A stretch of 64,000 nucleotides of DNA from the NCBI GenBank assembly GCA_025935195.1, contig JAICVS010000004.1, positions 107-64,106 on the forward strand, in the 5' to 3' direction. How positions within the stretch are numbered: the first letter of the stretch is position 1; each line of letters opens with the position of its first letter. Under the pieces are notes generated by a model. It ran no database searches. It worked only from the letters and a program-made list of their open reading frames with translations, and was not told where the DNA came from. The position numbers were made by a program, and so were the translations under genes. Origin of the DNA: Ktedonobacterales bacterium (GTDB lineage Bacteria; Chloroflexota; Ktedonobacteria; Ktedonobacterales; JADMIN01). Below, piece after piece: positions 45,545 through 54,455 of this stretch.

Positions 45545-46621
45545 GCCGCGCTGAGGCTGATCGCGCTGGTTATCCTGTCGGAAGCGCTCGACGCCAACGG
45601 CTTCTTCACATGGGCGGCGCTCCGCCTTGCCCGCGCGGCCGGCGGCTCCGGCCCGCGCTGCTCGCCAACGACGGCGCGGTGCTGATGCTGACGCCGATCT
45701 TCGCCACGCTGCTGCTACGTATCTACCCGGACCGGCGCCACCGCCTGCCCTTCATTTTCGCGGCTGGCTTCTTTGCCGATGCCATGAGTGGTCTCTTCAT
45801 CCCCAGCAACCTGACCAACATCATCCTCGCTGACGCCACGCATCTCTCCTTCGCGCGCGCCGCGGTCTGGATGGCGCTACCGACCATCGCGGCTTTCCTT
45901 GTGGGGGCCGGCGCCTTTGGCTGGCGCTTCCGCCGCGATATTCGTAAGCTGTACGATCCGTCGGCTGTGGCTGATCCCGCCGGCGCGATCCGCGATCCGC
46001 TCGTCTTCCGCGCGGGCTGGGTCATTCTCGGCATGATGGTCATCGGCTACATCATCGGCAGCGAGCCGCGGCTGCCGGTTTCGCTCGTCGCGGGCGGCGC
46101 GGCGATCCTGCTGCTCGCGCTCGTGCAGGTGCGGGGGCTGCGCTCGGCCGGTGAGGCACTGCGGGCGGCGCCGTGGAATATCCTGATCTATGCGCTGGGC
46201 ATGTTCGTGGTGATCACCGCCGCGTACAAGGCGCACCTGCTCGGCTTCCTGACCGCGCCGCTGCGCGCTGGTGTCGCGCCCGCCGCTGGAGCCGGCAGGG
46301 GCGTTGCGCGCGGGGGGCATTCTGGCCTTGCTGACGGCGGCCGTCAACAACCTGCCCGCCACGCTCACCGGCGTGCTGGCGCTGCACACGGCGCCCGTTA
46401 CGTCGTCGCTCGCCACCTATGCGATCATGCTCGGTGTGGATATCGGCGCGAAGCTCACGCCGTTCGGCTCGCTGGCGACGCTGCTCTGGCTGGGCATACT
46501 GCGCCGCCACGGCATCGCGATCTCGTGGGGCCGCTATCTGCGTGAGAACTGGTGGGTGACGATGCTGACGTTGGCCGCCGCTTTCGGCGCGCTACTCGCG
46601 GCCAATGCCGTCCTTGGATGA
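45545..46621 (+). pseudogene. ArsB/NhaD-superfamily permease, 5'-truncated with at least two frame disruptions
   Basis: Three frames each carry consecutive family-like segments: LIALVILSEALDANGFFTWAALRLARAAGGSGPR, then LANDGAVLMLTPIF…, then …LTAAVNNLPATLTGVLAL…FGSLATLLWLGILRRHGI. Confidence 0.7.
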
Positions 46622-47109
46622 GGTTTGCACGTCGCCAGCTTATCATACTGGGTTGGCGCGGAGCGTTGTACTCTGCGCGCTCGCGGCACGGCAAGTGCCG
46701 GCGCACGGGGACGGGGACTGAAGTCCCTGGATTCCGCCGAGCATCCGGCCCAACTGGTATCATGCGGCGACGGTGAGCAAGAACGCGACGTGCGCCGCGC
46801 CCAGGATGAAGTTGCCGCGCCGCAGAGCATGCCGAGCAGCGCGCCGGGAGCGTGCGCGGTTCTCCATGCGCCATGACGCGGAGCGGTGATGCCCAGGATG
46901 ACCGCGGCGAGGCCGAGCAGCGTGATGAGCGCGGCCAGCGCGACGTGGAACTGGAACGGGTCGATCCAGCGGACGCGCGGAGCCAGGGAGGTGCCGCTGC
47001 CGAAGAACACGAGACGGCCCGCGTAGAGCGACAGCATCCCCAGGAAAAAACTGATAAGCGGGTAATAGCGGCGGAGGGCGAGTGTATCACGAAGGTGAGT
47101 GGATCGCAT
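46534..47109 (-). CDS. small membrane protein (3' end uncertain, possible frameshift)
   Basis: GAGGGAG precedes ATG 47109. The first 110 aa contain three hydrophobic helices. The remainder is R/S/P-rich and overlaps the convergent pseudogene. An alternative frame gives a fourth helix and a stop at 46760-46762. Confidence 0.45.
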   Translation of the reverse strand: MRSTHLRDTLALRRYYPLISFFLGMLSLYAGRLVFFGSGTSLAPRVRWIDPFQFHVALAALITLLGLAAVILGITAPRHGAWRTAHAPGALLGMLCGAATSSWARRTSRSCSPSPHDTSWAGCSAESRDFSPRPRAPALAVPRARRVQRSAPTQYDKLATCKPHPRTALAASSAPKAAANVSIVTHQFSRR

Positions 47110-47378
47110 GATGGCTCCCTCACTGGACTCGACAAGCGGCGCCGGTCGCTCGTAGTATACCCTGCTCGCTCGCCTAGGTCGGTCCGTCACCTCGCGAGAT
47201 GTGCCACTGGCTCGCTCGTGTCAGACTTTACACGGTTGTCAATGGGGCATCTCCATTCGGCATGCAATGTGCGGGCTTGTGACGGTGTGGCAGATGCCGC
47301 GTGCCGGGCGCGTGCTCCGGCGTGCGGCCACCCTTGGCGCCACGCTCTGAACTGCGTTCCGAACAGGAGGGTCCGTGC

Positions 47379-47894
47379 ATGTCGAATCAGGACTACGACC
47401 AGAATCAGTCGCCAGACCAGACCGCGCAGGGGCAGGATCAGCTCGGCCAGCAGCAGCAATATGATCCCGCGTCCGGGCAGACGGATCAGGGGCAGAGCGG
47501 CCAGGGCTATGGCGGCTCGTTCGATCCGGCTACGCAGCAGCAGGGCCAGTACGGGCAGTCGGGCGGCATGGGTACGACCGACCAGAGCGGCATGGGCGGC
47601 CAGGGATACGACCAGTCCGGCCAGATGGGGCAGTCCGGCCAGTCGGGGCAGGATCAATTCGGCGGCGCGCGCCAGGCGGCGCAGGGGCAGGTGGACAACG
47701 CGATTGACCAGTTCGCCAACCGCATCCCCGGCGGCGCGGCGCACGCCCAGCAGGCCAAGGACGCGGCGAACCAGGGGATTGACAACTTAGAGCAGGAGGC
47801 TGAGAACCGCATGGGCAACGCCGGTGGCGGCATCGGCGGGACGCTCGGCGGCATGTTTGGCGGCAATTCAGGCGACCAGGGCGGCCAGCCGTAA
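47379..47894 (+). CDS. Q/G-rich low-complexity protein
   Basis: AGGAGG (47365-47370) precedes ATG 47379. Most of the protein is G/Q/S/D repeats (QGQ, GQSGQ), with a helical C-terminal segment. Confidence 0.65.
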   Translation: MSNQDYDQNQSPDQTAQGQDQLGQQQQYDPASGQTDQGQSGQGYGGSFDPATQQQGQYGQSGGMGTTDQSGMGGQGYDQSGQMGQSGQSGQDQFGGARQAAQGQVDNAIDQFANRIPGGAAHAQQAKDAANQGIDNLEQEAENRMGNAGGGIGGTLGGMFGGNSGDQGGQP

Positions 47895-47937
47895 CCCCGC
47901 TGACGGTCTTCACCTTTCAGCCTCCAGGAAACGGGCA

Positions 47938-48402
47938 TCATCCGCCCACTTCCTGGAGGCGTTGCGTCTCGGCGGCGCGCGCCGGCTTCGCCCGTGCTGT
48001 GGCCCACCGCATCACCAGCCCGACCCCCAGCGCGAGCATCGCCATTCCCAGTGCCACCGTTTCCCATCCCTGCGCCGCCGCCGCATCCGCCGCCTGTTGA
48101 ACGGGCGGCAGCACGTTCCGCTGGAAAATCGTCTCGTTCGCCGGGGGGAACGTGCGCGTGTAGAACACGACGTAGCTGTGCCAGTAGAGGTATGCGGTTT
48201 GCGCCTGCCGCGCGACCGTCAGCGTCCAGAAGCACGCCGTCACGGGTGCCAGGGCAATCAGTCGCTCGACCGCCGGACGCTCCTTCACGTACGCGACTAC
48301 GAACAGCAGCGGACCCTCCAGGCCAAATGCCACGGCGTAGGCCAGCGGCATTGTATGCCACATGCCCAACTGCGCCACCAGCACGTCCGCCCGCGCCGTC
48401 AT
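47938..48402 (-). CDS. hypothetical integral membrane protein
   Basis: ACGGAGG precedes ATG 48402. There are four predicted hydrophobic helices. Confidence 0.6.
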   Translation of the reverse strand: MTARADVLVAQLGMWHTMPLAYAVAFGLEGPLLFVVAYVKERPAVERLIALAPVTACFWTLTVARQAQTAYLYWHSYVVFYTRTFPPANETIFQRNVLPPVQQAADAAAAQGWETVALGMAMLALGVGLVMRWATARAKPARAAETQRLQEVGG

Positions 48403-48635
48403 GCCGCGCCTCCGTACCGAGTGCAGCCATCGCCCGCTCGATGTCTCCGCAGTGCATAACACCTCGGTATGTCTCCGAATGTCTCCGATCCTTGGTGGTG
48501 TCGCGGGTGGTGTCGCGACGTTGACATCGCGTGGCGACGCGGTACACTACCACAGGCGGCAGGCGACGAGCGACACATTCGCGCAGCGCGGCCGCTAGCG
48601 ATCTTCCGCTCCCAGACTGAAGGAGACGGCCCAGC

Positions 48636-49712
48636 ATGATCCTCGACACACTCGACCTCGACGACGCGGAGTTTGCCCGCCGGACGGGCTGGGAGATCAA
48701 GCCGGAGGGCGCGTGCCGGGACGACCGCTGCGTGCCGCTGCCGGCGATGCCGGACGTGGCAGTGGGACACGTGGATGTGCGGGTGTTCGCCGAACGGCTG
48801 GGGATGCCGCTGTTACATGACGAGGCGCACGGGTTGTGGAGCCTGGGGCCGGAGGCGGGCGGGCGGATGCTCGCTTCCGCCGCGCTCCCCGACATTGAGC
48901 TGCCCGACCTGGACGGCAACCTCTTCGCGCTGCGCGTGTTGCGTGGGCAGAAGGTGCTGCTGTTGGCGTGGGCGTCGTGGTGAGGCTGCCGCTTCGATCT
49001 GCCCGTGTGGCAGACTTTGCGCGCCGAGCTGCATCCCCATGGTCTCGAAGTCGTCACCGTCGCGCTGGATACGGGCGGCGCGGAGGCCGCGCGCCGCTGG
49101 ATTGACGCCGCTCACCCTGAGCATCCCGCGTTGATCGATCAGGCGCACCAACTCGATGCGCTGCTGGGCATCGTCAACGTGCCGAGCGGAGTGTGGATTG
49201 ACGAGCGGGGCATGATTGTGCGCCCACCGGAGCCGGCGTTTCCGCAGCGGCCCGCCTTTCAGAACGTCGATCCGGACAACCCGGCGCTGATCGAACGCTA
49301 CCGCGACAATCCGCGCGGGCTGGAGGTGGTGCGCGAGGTGCTGAAGCTGCGCATCGAGCCGGAGGCGTATGTGGCGGCGCTGCGCGATTGGGTGGCAAAC
49401 GGCGCGGCCAGCCGCTACGCGCTGGCGCCGGATGAGGTCGTGCGCCGCTCGCGCCCGCGCCCGCCTGAGGTCGCCGAGGCGGCGGCCAGCTTCGAGCTGG
49501 GGCAGCATGTGTATCGCCTGGGTGATCAGGCGGGGGCCGTCGGCTGGTTCCGTCGCGCGCACCGCCTCCAGCCCGACAACTGGACGTACAAGCGCCAGGC
49601 GTGGTCGTTCGCCGATCCGCGCCAGGGGCCGACCGAGCTCTATGAGGGCGACTGGCTCAGCGATGTGCGCGCGAGTGGCGCGGAGAACTACTATCCGCCG
49701 CTCGATCTGTAG
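48636..49712 (+). CDS. ResA/TlpA-like thioredoxin-fold protein with in-frame TGA (candidate selenocysteine, W-A-S-W-U-G-C motif)
   Basis: GAAGGAGA precedes ATG 48636. Track ORFs 48636-48983 and 49005-49712 share one frame with no other stop between them. TGA 48981-48983 falls at the first redox position of the motif: ...VLLLAWASW-U-GCRFDLPVWQTLRAELHPHGLEVVTVALD. Confidence 0.7.
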
Positions 49713-49764
49713 TTTCAGGAGCATCACGCGCGGTGGCGCTACGCCGCCATGGGGGAGCATACAG

Positions 49765-50007
49765 ATGCCCACGCTCGCGGACGCGCTCGCCGCCGGACAG
49801 TTCGCCCGCCTACGGGCCGGGATGGCGACGGTGGATGCGCATGAGGACATTACCGGAGAGTACAGCGTTACCCTCCGCTATGGCATGGGGCCGACGCGGC
49901 TGATGGGCCGCTTCACCAGCTTCGCCGAGGTGGAAGCCTATCTGGGTACGGGCGCCATCTCTGGCGTGACGGGCGATGAAGCGGCCTGGGAGCCGATGCC
50001 GGCGTAA
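49765..50007 (+). CDS. small hypothetical protein
   Basis: GGGGGAG lies 7 nt upstream of ATG 49765. No family recognised. Confidence 0.5.
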   Translation: MPTLADALAAGQFARLRAGMATVDAHEDITGEYSVTLRYGMGPTRLMGRFTSFAEVEAYLGTGAISGVTGDEAAWEPMPA

Positions 50008-50022
50008 GGGCGCGGGCGGGCC

Positions 50023-50081
50023 GGCGGGTACACCCGCGCCTAGGGGCTGCGCCGCGAAGTCCGGCCAAGCCGGACTGGGAT
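50023..50081 (+). repeat. REP-like element, family B, copy 4
   Basis: GGCGGGTACACCCGCGCCTAGGGGCTGCGCCGCGAAGTCCGGCCAAGCCGGACTGGGAT. Confidence 0.8.
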
Positions 50082-50331
50082 CAGGGGGGTACGCGCCGCA
50101 AGCGGCGCTGTTGAGCTTGTGCCCGCCTGGTTGATCTACGTACACTGAGTGCCGGTCTGCTCATGCCCGCGCTGGTTCCTGACGGCCTATGTATGGGTGG
50201 ATAGCCAGCGCGCCGCGGCATGGCGCCGGCAACCAATCCTGGCCTACGCTATGCGGAGAACATGCGCGGACTGGCACGGGCCACAGGTCTGGCGACCGAC
50301 GATACTCTATAGATAAGCGGAGGCAGAGCAC

Positions 50332-53283
50332 ATGGCAGCGCATCGGCTAGCGGCGGTCTCAGAGCTGGGGCAGAGCATCTGGTACGACAACATCCGCCGC
50401 GGCCTCATCCAATCGGGCGAGCTGCAACGCCTCATTGACGAGGATTCGATTACCGGCATTACCTCGAATCCGACGATCTTCGAGAAGGCGATTGACGGCA
50501 GCGACGATTACGATGAGACGATCCGCGCGCTGGTCAGCCGCGGCGTGAATGACGCTCAGCAGGTCTTCGAGACGCTGGCAATCGAGGATATTCAAGCCGC
50601 CGCCGATATGCTGCGCCCGATCTACGACCGCACCCACGGCGGTGACGGCTTCATCAGCCTGGAGGTCTCGCCCGCCGCCGCCAACGATACACAGCGCACT
50701 ATCGCCGAGGCACGCCACCTCTTTCAGCGCGCGGACCGCCCCAACGTCATGATCAAGATTCCCGCGACCGCCGAGGGACTGCCCGCTATCGAGCAGATGG
50801 TCTACGAGGGCGTCAATATCAACATCACGCTGATCTTCGCACTGGAGGTCTACGAGAAGGTCGCCGAGGCGTTCATTCGTGGGCTGCGCCACCGCCAGGC
50901 CGACGGCCAATTTGTCTCGGGCATCGCCTCCGTCGCCAGCTTTTTCGTCAGCCGCGTGGACACGCTGGTGGATAAGCAGCTTCAGGAGCGGATTGACGCC
51001 GCGAGCGACGACGCCAAGAAAGAGGAACTGCGCGCGCTGCTCGGCACGGCCGCCATCGCCAACGCGCGCATCGCGTACGAGTCGTATCAGCGCCTCTTCC
51101 ACGGCGACCATTTCGCGGCGCTGCGTGAGCGCGGCGCGGCGCCGCAACGCTGCCTCTGGGCCAGCACGAGCACCAAGAATCCCAGCTACCGCGATGTGCT
51201 CTACGTCGAGCAGCTGATCGGCCCGGAGACGGTGGACACGATGCCTCCGGCGACCATCCAGGCGTTCCAAGATCACGGCGTGGCCGAGCGTACGCTGGAC
51301 ACTGGCGACGCCTTCGCCGCCGCGCACGAGACGGTGCGCCGCCTCGCCGAGGCCGGCATTGAGATGCGCCAGGTGACAAAACAGCTCGAGATTGAAGGCG
51401 TCAAGACCTTCGCCGACGCTTACCCCCAGATGATTGACCGTACTGGTGACAAGATCGCGCGGCTGCGGAGTGAGATGGAGGCTCAGGGCGACGGGGCTGG
51501 GGTACGTGCGGCTACTGACACCAGCGCGGCGGGGGCAAGCGCGGGAGCGGGTGCCGCCGGCGGCGAGCATGACGAGCTGGGCGAGCTACAGGCCGAGGTG
51601 GATCGCGCGCTCACGCGCGCCGAGACGGAACAGTTCGCGCGGCGTGTCTGGGAGAAAGATCCGGCGTTGTGGAAGCCGAACCCCAGCGAGCAGAGTGAGA
51701 TCACCGACCGCCTGGGCTGGCTGACCGTCACGGAGACGATGCGCGAGGCGCTGCCGCGGCTGCGCGCGCTACGCAACGACGTGCGCGCCGCGGGGATGAC
51801 GCATGCCGTCTTACTGGGCATGGGCGGCAGCAGCCTCGCCCCGGAGGTGCTGCGCGAGACGTTCGGCACGGCGGAGGGCCAGCCTCAACTGATCGTGCTC
51901 GATACGACCGATCCGGCGACGATCCTGGATGCCGAGCGCGAGATCGATCTGGTACACACGATCTTCATCGTCGCCTCGAAGTCCGGCGGCACCATCGAGA
52001 CGCTTACCCAGTTCGCCTACTTCTACGAGAAGGTGCAGGCCATCGCCGGCGACCAGGCGGGGCGCCAGTTCCTCGCCATCACCGATCCCGGCACCAAGCT
52101 GGAGACGATGGGCCACGACCACCACTTCCGCGAGGTTTTTCTGAACCCGCCCGACATTGGCGGCCGCTATTCGGCGCTCTCTTTCTTCGGGCTGGTGCCG
52201 GCGGCGATCATCGGTGTGGATGTGGAGAAGCTGCTGGACCGCGCCGACGCCATGCGCGCGGCCTGCGCGCCCGACCGCCCGGCGCACGAGAACCCCGGCC
52301 TGCGGCTCGGCGCGATTCTGGGCACGCTCGCCAACGGCGGGCGCGACAAGGTGACGCTGGTGATGTCGCCGCCGATCAGCACCTTCGGCTACTGGATCGA
52401 GCAGTTGATCGCGGAAAGCACCGGCAAGGAGGGCAAGGGCATTCTGCCGGTCGAGGGCGAGCGGCTCGGCCCGCCGGAGGTGTATGGCAGCGACCGCCTC
52501 TTCGTCTCGTGCCGGACCGAGCAGGGCTTCGATGCGGGGCAAGATGAGGCGCTGCGCGCGCTGGCGGCGGCCGGGCAGCCAGTGGTGGCGCTGCCGCTGC
52601 GCGACCGCTACGACCTGGGGGCCGAGTTCTTCCGCTGGGAGTTCGCTACGGCCATCGCGGGCGCGCTGCTGGGCATCAACGCCTTCGATCAGCCCAATGT
52701 GCAAGAGGCCAAGGACCGCACCGACGCGATTCTGAAGCAGTATGCCGCGGAGAAGGCGCTGCCGCGGCCGCCGGCTATCCTGCGCACCGAACAGGTCGCT
52801 ATCGTGGCCGGGGAGGACGAGGCGCACCGTCTGGCGGAGGCTGTCTCGCTGCAAGCCGCACTCGAAGCCTATCTGCGCCAGGTGCGCCCCGGCGATTACG
52901 TCGCGTTGCTGGCGTACGTGCGGCGCGGCGCGGCCACCCAGGAGGCGCTGGAACGCATCCGCCTGCGCATCCGCGATCTGTGCCACGTCGCCACCACGCT
53001 TGGCTACGGCCCACGCTTCCAGCACTCGACCGGCCAGCTCCACAAGGGCGGCGCCAACAACGGCGTCTTCATTCAGTTCGTCGCCGACGACCACGAGGAC
53101 GCGCCGATCCCCGGCCGGCCGTTCACCTTCGGCACGCTCAAACAGGCGCAGGCGCTCGGCGATCTGCAAGCATTGGAGGCGCATGAGCGCCGCGCCATCC
53201 GCATCAATCTTGGCGCGAGCATCGCGGGGGGCCTGGGCGAGGTCGGCCAAGCGCTCGACGCGGCACAGCTTCAACGGGGATAA
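50332..53283 (+). CDS. tal-pgi: bifunctional transaldolase / glucose-6-phosphate isomerase fusion
   Basis: The N-terminal SIWYDNIRR…ITGITSNPTIFEKAI…MIKIPAT is transaldolase. The C-terminal half (…LLGMGGSSLAPEV…IVASKSGGTIET…) is a PGI SIS domain. Confidence 0.93.
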   Translation: MAAHRLAAVSELGQSIWYDNIRRGLIQSGELQRLIDEDSITGITSNPTIFEKAIDGSDDYDETIRALVSRGVNDAQQVFETLAIEDIQAAADMLRPIYDRTHGGDGFISLEVSPAAANDTQRTIAEARHLFQRADRPNVMIKIPATAEGLPAIEQMVYEGVNINITLIFALEVYEKVAEAFIRGLRHRQADGQFVSGIASVASFFVSRVDTLVDKQLQERIDAASDDAKKEELRALLGTAAIANARIAYESYQRLFHGDHFAALRERGAAPQRCLWASTSTKNPSYRDVLYVEQLIGPETVDTMPPATIQAFQDHGVAERTLDTGDAFAAAHETVRRLAEAGIEMRQVTKQLEIEGVKTFADAYPQMIDRTGDKIARLRSEMEAQGDGAGVRAATDTSAAGASAGAGAAGGEHDELGELQAEVDRALTRAETEQFARRVWEKDPALWKPNPSEQSEITDRLGWLTVTETMREALPRLRALRNDVRAAGMTHAVLLGMGGSSLAPEVLRETFGTAEGQPQLIVLDTTDPATILDAEREIDLVHTIFIVASKSGGTIETLTQFAYFYEKVQAIAGDQAGRQFLAITDPGTKLETMGHDHHFREVFLNPPDIGGRYSALSFFGLVPAAIIGVDVEKLLDRADAMRAACAPDRPAHENPGLRLGAILGTLANGGRDKVTLVMSPPISTFGYWIEQLIAESTGKEGKGILPVEGERLGPPEVYGSDRLFVSCRTEQGFDAGQDEALRALAAAGQPVVALPLRDRYDLGAEFFRWEFATAIAGALLGINAFDQPNVQEAKDRTDAILKQYAAEKALPRPPAILRTEQVAIVAGEDEAHRLAEAVSLQAALEAYLRQVRPGDYVALLAYVRRGAATQEALERIRLRIRDLCHVATTLGYGPRFQHSTGQLHKGGANNGVFIQFVADDHEDAPIPGRPFTFGTLKQAQALGDLQALEAHERRAIRINLGASIAGGLGEVGQALDAAQLQRG

Positions 53284-53307
53284 TGCCTGTAGAGGGTGGT
53301 TTAAAGA

Positions 53308-53368
53308 ATCCCAGTCCGCGCAGGCGGACTTCGCGGCGGCACGCCCCTGGGTGCGGGTGTACCCGCCG
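53308..53368 (-). repeat. REP-like element, family B, copy 5 (inverted relative to copy 4)
   Basis: The rc reads GGCGGGTACACCCGCACCCAGGGGCGTGCCGCCGCGAAGTCCGCCTGCGCGGACTGGGAT. Confidence 0.8.
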
Positions 53369-53429
53369 GCCCGCTCCGCCAGCGCGCATACGCAAGCCCT
53401 GACGAGAGAGAAGAGGGAGAGACAAGACG

Positions 53430-54362
53430 ATGGAAGTGGGACTCTACGGCCTCGGCCGCATGGGCGGCAATATGGTCATTCGCTTGCTGCGCGGCGGCCA
53501 CCGCGTCGTCGCCTCGAACCGCAGCCGCGGTCCGGTGGATGAGGCGGCGGGGCAGGGCGCCGTCCCGGCCTACACGCTGGACGAGCTGGTGCAGACGCTG
53601 CAATCCAGCCCCAAGATCGTCTGGCTGATGGTGCCATCTGGCAAGGTGACGGACGATACCATTCACTACGTGATGAAGCTGCTCAAGCCCGGCGACATCA
53701 TCATTGACGGCGGCAACTCCAACTGGAAGGACACCGTGCGGCACGCCGAAGAGGTGAAGGGCGCGGGCATCCACTTCCTCGACGTCGGCACCAGCGGCGG
53801 CATCTGGGGCCTCAAAGTCGGCTACAGCCTGATGATCGGCGGCGAGCGCGAGGCCTTCGAGCAGTGTGAGCCGATCTTCAAGACGCTCGCGCCGGAGAAC
53901 GGCTATGGCTATATGGGCGCCAGCGGCGCCGGCCACTTCGTCAAGATGGTTCACAACGGCGTTGAGTACGGCATGCTCCAGGCGTACGGCGAGGGTTTCG
54001 AGATCATCGAGAAGTCGCAGTTCAAGCCCGATCTGCGCGAGGTGACGCGCGTCTGGCAGAATGGCAGCGTCGTGCGCTCCTGGCTGCTGGACCTGGCGGC
54101 GCTGGCCTTCGCCGACGATCCGGAGTTGGAGAAGATTCGCGGCTACGTCGAGGACTCCGGCGAGGGGCGCTGGACCGTGCAGGCCGCCATAGACGAGAAC
54201 GTGCCGGCGCCGGTGATCACGCTCTCGCTCTTGCAGCGCTTCGTCTCGCGGCAGGATGAATCGTTCTCGGCGAAGGTGATCGCGGCGCTGCGCAACCAGT
54301 TCGGCGGCCACGCCGTCACCTTCGAGACGGGCGAGACCGGCGGCGTGCGGCACCAGGCATAG
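53430..54362 (+). CDS. gnd: 6-phosphogluconate dehydrogenase, decarboxylating (short, about 300-aa form)
   Basis: MEVGLYGLGRMGGNMV is the Rossmann start. …IIIDGGNS… and …GTSGGIWG…GYSLMIGG… follow. GAGGGAGAG precedes the ATG. Confidence 0.9.
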   Translation: MEVGLYGLGRMGGNMVIRLLRGGHRVVASNRSRGPVDEAAGQGAVPAYTLDELVQTLQSSPKIVWLMVPSGKVTDDTIHYVMKLLKPGDIIIDGGNSNWKDTVRHAEEVKGAGIHFLDVGTSGGIWGLKVGYSLMIGGEREAFEQCEPIFKTLAPENGYGYMGASGAGHFVKMVHNGVEYGMLQAYGEGFEIIEKSQFKPDLREVTRVWQNGSVVRSWLLDLAALAFADDPELEKIRGYVEDSGEGRWTVQAAIDENVPAPVITLSLLQRFVSRQDESFSAKVIAALRNQFGGHAVTFETGETGGVRHQA

Positions 54363-54455
54363 GGACAACCGGCGCGCTCTCTGACGCCCGCTCCGCGCGG
54401 AGCGGGCGTCGAGGGTAAGGAACTTCGGCGGCAGGTTAGAGAAAGGGGCAGGTTG

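Noticed and set aside
45541-46545. 334-aa ORF as an intact gene
   Set aside because: Its first about 45 and last about 90 residues are out-of-frame junk (R/A/G-rich). The family-like sequence continues in other frames on both sides, so it is annotated as one permease pseudogene.
51811-53274. 487-aa minus-strand ORF (and 50359-51570, 403 aa)
   Set aside because: Both are antisense to the transaldolase/PGI fusion gene.
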